Shown piece after piece: positions 15,067-20,000 of a DNA stretch of 20,000 nt. The position numbers were made by a program, and so were the translations under genes. Under the pieces are notes generated by a model, which was given only the letters and a program-made list of their open reading frames with translations, was not told where the DNA came from and searched no databases. Positions within the stretch are counted from its first letter, which is position 1, and each line of letters starts with the position of its first letter. Origin of the DNA: an uncultured virus (IMG/VR IMGVR_UViG_2851731845_000003) (taxonomy: Duplodnaviria; Heunggongvirae; Uroviricota; Caudoviricetes). Location: the IMG/VR virus record IMGVR_UViG_2851731845_000003; one strand, given 5' to 3'.

Positions 15067-15402
15067 ATGACAGCACTACAGATAACCACCCAGCTATACA
15101 TCCATGTAAATCCGCATTCAACAATGAAAGCTAACCGCTTTATTGTGAGTACCTGTGACATGTCACAATCAACACCAGCATATGCGTTACTTGAAACCCG
15201 CGAAATCACTATCGCTTTCGACGAACCCGATCCATTTGAAATCATCAGTAAGCAGGTTGATTCACTACGCGCTCAAAAAGAGCGGCTGGCGGCTGAATCA
15301 TATCGGCATCAGTTGCTAATTGATGATCAGATTCAGGCATTGCTATGCATCGAGCACAGTACTCCATCGAACGTATCTGATGATACCGAAATTCCTTTTT
15401 AA
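15067..15402 (+). CDS. Hypothetical protein (111 aa)
   Basis: CAGGAG SD before ATG 15067; ends in an acidic DDTEIPF tail. Confidence 0.75.
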   Translation: MTALQITTQLYIHVNPHSTMKANRFIVSTCDMSQSTPAYALLETREITIAFDEPDPFEIISKQVDSLRAQKERLAAESYRHQLLIDDQIQALLCIEHSTPSNVSDDTEIPF

Positions 15403-15457
15403 TTAGTCATACATCAAAGACCAAGATCCGTTTAAAAACCAAAGAGGCAAGACCAAC

Positions 15458-17656
15458 ATGACTGTATTTATTTGTTTATTCGAGCCGAAAAAAGCGGCTC
15501 TCAAAAATGGGGCTATACCACTGGTTATAGCTCTGGAAGCCATAAATAAGAAAATGGCATCCGCACTGGCCATCGGGAAATTATGGGAAGCCTACCCCGC
15601 TGCCGGTGATAACTTTGCTGATCCGAAAATCTGTGAGGATACTGTCGGGCAACCGCGCCCTGCTGTGGGTGATTTCGATGAGCAGTTCGCACAGGATAAT
15701 ACCTTTGATGGCAAAGTATGGACGCCAAATACCGTGGCATCGCCAGAGGATGAGGATGATAACGACGGCGACGAACAAGGCGATGATTCTGGCTTGGTGA
15801 ACTACGCCAAGTTGGGCATTGATGTCAAAGTTGGCAAGATCCTAATGTATGGCTTGCGTGACATTGGTACACACGAACTATCACTAGTGTATGACCTGAT
15901 TAACGACGACGAGGGTGATGCTGGGCTGCGTTCAATTATAACGGCGTTGGCTGGTATACCGGCTGTAGGCGCAATGTATCAGGAGTCGGTCAAAGAACTG
16001 GTCGACGCCATTAATGTGAAGTTTCCTAAGACCCCTCAATTTCCTGAAGTACAGAAGTTTGCCCAAAAATGGGTTGATGAACCCAATAAGCGGGACGAGT
16101 TAACTGGAACGAAGAAAGTTACCCGTATAAACACACCCACGCCTGATGCGCCAATTAAACGCGGCTTTGACCACACCTATAAAACGCTTGATCTCGAAGT
16201 CGCCCTCGCCTTGGTACCCACTGTTTTGAACTGTTGGGAAATCTACTCAGCAGAAATGAGGCAGGCAAAAGAGCTGATGGATAGCAATGATGATGCCTGG
16301 CGCAAGTGGTCTACCGAATTGCGCGTTCGCAGCGATGCGTTGTCTATTCCGCGTGAAACCATCTTTGAGATGATCCGCGCGGGTAAAGAAAAACCTATCT
16401 TCCTAACCGATGCCGCAGCCAGGAAAGAATTTATCTCACAATATTTAGCCGTTAAAGGCCCACAGCCCGCAGTTAAAAATCTAGGCGACGGCAAGTTCTC
16501 TATTGATGGTCTGGTCGGTGGTGAACAGCCAGCGGCAAACAGTGAAACAAAACTGGCATTGGTTGCCAATTCTGGGCCAGAAACTGAAACAAAACCGCCA
16601 ATTGTTGCAACAGAACAGGAAAACCCTTCACAGGAACCTATCTCCGATAATGCCGCTCAACAGGCTAAAGAGACATTGGATAAGTTGGGTTACAGCGTTT
16701 ATGCCTCAACTGATGAGAAGCCAGCAGAGATAATTGAGACGGCACAGCAAAATGACGTTGCTACCGTAGCGGTTACGGCTGATGAGTTCCAACACCGCGC
16801 CGGGTTGATTGAGCAAGAGATTGCGCAGAAATCCCCTGCGGAGCAAGAAAACCTGCATATCTGGAAATCAGTACAACGCACAGATCCACGCTTTACCAAA
16901 CCTGTAGAGGGTGCGGGATATGTAGCTACAAGCATTAACGCTGAATATATGTTTATGCGAGCCACCGAAGTATTCGGCCCAGTTGGTGAGGGTTGGGGCT
17001 ATACCATTCTTGAAGAAAAGATGCTTTCAGGCGCGCCAATGTCCGAGGCTATTTACGACGATAACAAGAAATATGTTGGTAACCGGCTTATTCGTGATGC
17101 CGATGGCACATTGATATGCGAACAAAATCACTCGATCAAAATTCAATTCTGGTACTCAGTCGAGGGTGATGTGCGTGGCGAGATCGAAAGTTACGGAGCC
17201 ACCCCTTACATGTATAAAACCAATAAAGGAATTAAGGCAGATAGCGAGGTAATCAAAAAGAGCCTCACTGACGCCATTAAGAAAGCATTATCTATGCTGG
17301 GCTTTAGCGCCGACGTATGGCTCGGCATGCACGATAACCCCGAGTATAAAGCAGAAAATGACATTGAGTTTGCTATCAAGAACGCCAGTGAAAAAGCTGG
17401 TGACTCAGTTCGTCTGCGCAAAGAACTGGATGAGAAGTTAACCAAAGTAGGCAATACCATTACGAGCGCCGTCACCACCAACGAAGTGAACAAGGTTTAT
17501 AGCACCATTGCGCGTGAAGTTGATGTACATCGCAAAGATGCCGAAGCCAAAGCCGATCACGAACACGCCAATTACCTCAAAACCCGCCTGCTTGCGTTAC
17601 ACCGCTTAACTGAAAAACGGGTTGCTGAACTTACCGCACAGGAGCCGACATTATGA
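15458..17656 (+). CDS. RecE-like N-terminal region fused to a Rad52/Sak-like annealing domain
   Basis: C-terminus TDPRFTK..INAEYMFMRATEVFGPVGEGWGY..KKSLTDAIKKALSMLGFSADV; N-terminus and LDLEVALAL block resemble prophage exoVIII N-regions. Confidence 0.7.
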   Translation: MTVFICLFEPKKAALKNGAIPLVIALEAINKKMASALAIGKLWEAYPAAGDNFADPKICEDTVGQPRPAVGDFDEQFAQDNTFDGKVWTPNTVASPEDEDDNDGDEQGDDSGLVNYAKLGIDVKVGKILMYGLRDIGTHELSLVYDLINDDEGDAGLRSIITALAGIPAVGAMYQESVKELVDAINVKFPKTPQFPEVQKFAQKWVDEPNKRDELTGTKKVTRINTPTPDAPIKRGFDHTYKTLDLEVALALVPTVLNCWEIYSAEMRQAKELMDSNDDAWRKWSTELRVRSDALSIPRETIFEMIRAGKEKPIFLTDAAARKEFISQYLAVKGPQPAVKNLGDGKFSIDGLVGGEQPAANSETKLALVANSGPETETKPPIVATEQENPSQEPISDNAAQQAKETLDKLGYSVYASTDEKPAEIIETAQQNDVATVAVTADEFQHRAGLIEQEIAQKSPAEQENLHIWKSVQRTDPRFTKPVEGAGYVATSINAEYMFMRATEVFGPVGEGWGYTILEEKMLSGAPMSEAIYDDNKKYVGNRLIRDADGTLICEQNHSIKIQFWYSVEGDVRGEIESYGATPYMYKTNKGIKADSEVIKKSLTDAIKKALSMLGFSADVWLGMHDNPEYKAENDIEFAIKNASEKAGDSVRLRKELDEKLTKVGNTITSAVTTNEVNKVYSTIAREVDVHRKDAEAKADHEHANYLKTRLLALHRLTEKRVAELTAQEPTL

Positions 17657-18153
17657 GCAATACAGCAATCGCATTAGCCGCAGACCTTTTCAAACTGCAA
17701 CAGTTGGTTGAGTCCTCAGAGGAACTCACGCCAGAAATGATCGCCGATACGCTTGAGGGGTTAGAGGGTGCCCTGGGGGATAAGCTGGATGCAACCTACG
17801 TCTTTGTTCGCAATCTTGAAGGGCAAGCAAAGACCTGTGATGAAGAAGCGAAGCGCCTAGCTGATCGTAAGCGATCGTTCGAGAACCGGGCAAAGTCGAT
17901 CAAGCAGTATGTGCTTAGCTGTTTACTGGCTGCTGATATGAACACATTGAAAACGCCGTATAACACATTCACCGCTCGTAAAGGTGTGGCTAATGTGGTC
18001 ATCGATAACGAGGATTTGTTGCCAAGTGAACTGGTAACGGTACAGACCATCGTAGCGCCGGATAAAAAGGCCATCAAAGAAGCCATAGAAAATGGCGTTG
18101 ATGTTAAAGGTGCGCATATCGAAATAGGTAGTCGTAGCCTGCAAGTTCGATAA
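17653..18153 (+). CDS. Siphovirus Gp157 family protein
   Basis: DTLEGL..K..coiled coil..PDKKAIKEAIENG.DVKGAH..SLQVR. Confidence 0.88.
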   Translation: MSNTAIALAADLFKLQQLVESSEELTPEMIADTLEGLEGALGDKLDATYVFVRNLEGQAKTCDEEAKRLADRKRSFENRAKSIKQYVLSCLLAADMNTLKTPYNTFTARKGVANVVIDNEDLLPSELVTVQTIVAPDKKAIKEAIENGVDVKGAHIEIGSRSLQVR

Positions 18154-18197
18154 TTTATCCAGCCCCGGACCAACGGGGCATTATTGAGGCAAGACCA

Positions 18198-18371
18198 ATG
18201 CTAAGAAAGACACAAAAGCGGCACGAACTGGCCTATATAACACTCCCAGACGGAAGAACGGGAACCATCCACACCGATCGCCGCTGTGATGTTCACTATG
18301 ATTTTCCAACTGATGTGCGCATTAGTAGCACACCACCGCAGCCAACCGCTGAAAAGGAGGCCAGGCAATGA
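18198..18371 (+). CDS. 57-aa protein, possible divergent CsrA/RsmA fold
   Basis: Below the ORF-track cutoff; MLRKTQKRHELAYITLPDGRTGTIHTDRRCDVHYDFPTDVRISSTPPQPTAEKEARQ; SD GAGG. Confidence 0.65.
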   Translation: MLRKTQKRHELAYITLPDGRTGTIHTDRRCDVHYDFPTDVRISSTPPQPTAEKEARQ

Positions 18372-18523
18372 TCCGTTCTCAACTGGCCGTGTTCTTTATC
18401 ACAGCAGGAGCAGCCTTAACTCTAATTTATGGGGCTGAGGTCAGCGCTGTAGCCGCGTTTTCATTTGGTACCGGTTTGGCTGTGGGGTGCTGGAGGCGTA
18501 GAAAAGTACCAACCAAAAGTTGA
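18368..18523 (+). CDS. 51-aa membrane protein with two hydrophobic segments
   Basis: SD AAGGAGG, ATGA overlap; MIRSQLAVFFITAGAALTLIYGAEVSAVAAFSFGTGLAVGCWRRRKVPTKS. Confidence 0.7.
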   Translation: MIRSQLAVFFITAGAALTLIYGAEVSAVAAFSFGTGLAVGCWRRRKVPTKS

Positions 18524-18563
18524 TTTTGCTTAATCAGAAATAATCAAGCTGCCGCGCTAGCAT
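18520..18563 (+). promoter_or_regulatory. pI-like CII/YdaT-activated promoter
   Basis: TTGATT-TTGCTT-AATCA, 21 nt, then TAGCAT; same geometry as the 13443 site. Confidence 0.7.
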
Positions 18564-18593
18564 GATGGTAAACCAACACCAGGGAAAACCATC

Positions 18594-18800
18594 ATGCAGC
18601 AATGGCAACCAGGCAAGCGTCTATTGACCGACTTCGATATTAAGATCGGTAAATTATCAGCCAGCGTACGAAAGCAGCAACTCACCGACCAAGATATACA
18701 GCGGGCCTGTTCTGCGACCGACAGAGCAATAACCCAAATGATACAGGGGCAAGACCATGAAAAACGACCACGACATAATCACCAAAGAGGAGATGATTGA
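18594..18800 (+). CDS. Hypothetical protein
   Basis: 68-aa ORF with AGGGA SD, overlaps the xis start. Confidence 0.6.
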   Translation: MQQWQPGKRLLTDFDIKIGKLSASVRKQQLTDQDIQRACSATDRAITQMIQGQDHEKRPRHNHQRGDD

Positions 18801-18990
18801 GCTGACCGGGTATCATATCCCTTCAAAGCAATGTGAAGCACTTAAAAATGCTGGGATATTTTTTATAATCCGTAGAGATGGCCGTCCGCAAACTACATGG
18901 GGCCATTTTCAAGATCCCCTATCTCTTCGTCATACCCCCAAAGCAGCGACTGAAATATCTGTTGAGCCTAACTTCGGAGCATTAGATTAA
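18757..18990 (+). CDS. xis: Excisionase-like protein (DUF4224)
   Basis: ITKEEMIELTGY...QCEALKNAGIFF..RRDGRP; directly before the integrase. Confidence 0.82.
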   Translation: MKNDHDIITKEEMIELTGYHIPSKQCEALKNAGIFFIIRRDGRPQTTWGHFQDPLSLRHTPKAATEISVEPNFGALD

Positions 18991-20000
18991 TGGGGAGAAA
19001 ACGCAGTAACCCACAAGACAACTGGATGCCTCCACGAACATGCAGGGGGCGTTCTGCATTTGAATTTAAGCCTAAGCTCGGGGGAACGATAAGGCTCTGC
19101 GGATTCGATGCCAGTCCGGCCCAAGTATGGGCAGCGTATGAGGCGTTAATAAATGATAAACAGAATGAAAATGTCTTTAATTGGCTTGTTAGTCGATTCT
19201 TTCTATCTGCCGATTTTATAGAGCTAGCTGTTGAGACACAGAAAGATTATCGGAAATATGCGGTAAAAGTATTATCTGTTTTCGGCGAGGTCCATCCAGA
19301 TGCAATAAAACCTGAGCATATTCGCAAGTATATGGATAAGCGTGGCGTAAAAAGTCGCACTCAGGCTAATAGGGAAAAAGCCTTTACATCCCGTGTCTTT
19401 CGATGGGCCTATGAGAGAGGGATGGTGAAAATGAACCCATGCAAAGGCGTGAAGCAATTTAAAGAAACCAGCCGTACACGTTATATAACCAATAAAGAAT
19501 ACGATGCGCTTTATCAAGTTTCCCCGCCAGTAGTTCAGGTCGCAATGGAACTGGCATATTTATGCTGTGCACGACAAGCCGATATTTTAGGCATGAAGAA
19601 GAACCAACTAATTGATGATGGGATCTTAATACAACAAAGTAAAACGGGTATTTCTCAAATCAAAGCATGGGGACCGCGTTTAACCGCAGTTATAAAGCTC
19701 GCCAGTCAACTACCGTTAAACAGAGGAATGAGCAGCATCTTTGTTATCCACCAACAATCCGGTGCCAGATATACAAGAGATGGTTTTAATAGCCGATGGC
19801 TGAAAGCCAAAGCGGAGGCAAAAGAGAAGTATCCAGAATTAGAGTTTAATTTCACTTTTCACGATTTGAAGGCAAAAGGAATCTCTGATTTAAGCGGATC
19901 GCTTTACGAAAAACAGGCGATATCAGGACACAAGAATGCAGCTCAAACAGCACGATATGATCGTAAAATTGCGATAGTGCCAGCGGTAGGAGACCAGTAA
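18990..20000 (+). CDS. int: Tyrosine recombinase (phage integrase)
   Basis: CCARQADIL (R), FHDLKAK, SGHKN, TARYDR (Y); stop at 19998-20000. Confidence 0.95.
   Translation: MGRKRSNPQDNWMPPRTCRGRSAFEFKPKLGGTIRLCGFDASPAQVWAAYEALINDKQNENVFNWLVSRFFLSADFIELAVETQKDYRKYAVKVLSVFGEVHPDAIKPEHIRKYMDKRGVKSRTQANREKAFTSRVFRWAYERGMVKMNPCKGVKQFKETSRTRYITNKEYDALYQVSPPVVQVAMELAYLCCARQADILGMKKNQLIDDGILIQQSKTGISQIKAWGPRLTAVIKLASQLPLNRGMSSIFVIHQQSGARYTRDGFNSRWLKAKAEAKEKYPELEFNFTFHDLKAKGISDLSGSLYEKQAISGHKNAAQTARYDRKIAIVPAVGDQ

Larger units (their letters stand above)
1..20000. mobile_element. Lambdoid prophage segment from integrase to terminase small subunit
   Basis: Canonical gene order int-xis-recombination-cI-cro-cII-replication-methylases-Q-lysis-terS. 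Confidence 0.97.

Noticed and set aside
523..19517. Many short antisense or alternative-frame ORFs in the track (e.g. 523-810, 8038-8340, 10821-11108, 17796-18173, 19272-19517)
   Set aside because: Shadow ORFs of well-supported genes, with no recognisable motifs
19858..19878. Integrase HDLK instead of HxxR as a sign of inactivation
   Set aside because: To my knowledge this variant is usual in DUF4224-associated integrases; the other catalytic residues and the ORF are intact

Overview
The window is the non-structural half of a temperate lambdoid prophage from an enterobacterial host (Yersinia-like by gene content; this is an inference). From right to left it holds: integrase and xis; a pL-type early operon on the + strand (RecE-N/Rad52-like fusion, Gp157, small ORFs); the immunity region cI/cro/YdaT-type cII with clear operators and promoters; a replication initiator with ori iterons plus DnaB; C5 and N6-adenine methyltransferases; DUF1367-DUF1364-Q; a Mu Mom homologue; the lysis cassette; and the start of terS. 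The most notable signal is an apparent RNA-level control network. (1) The motif GAGGCAAGACC(AA) overlaps the RBS of six early genes. Its exact complement lies in a predicted ~118-nt minus-strand sRNA (14925-15042) with its own promoter, terminator and UUGGUC loops, and an unannotated CsrA-like ORF is one of the targets. (2) The pL 5' leader is complementary to the hairpin that hides the RBS/AUG of the DUF1367-DUF1364-Q operon, like a toehold switch. (3) A structured antisense RNA lies opposite the leader of the mom gene, which has no com partner. All family assignments come from motif recognition by eye, not database searches.
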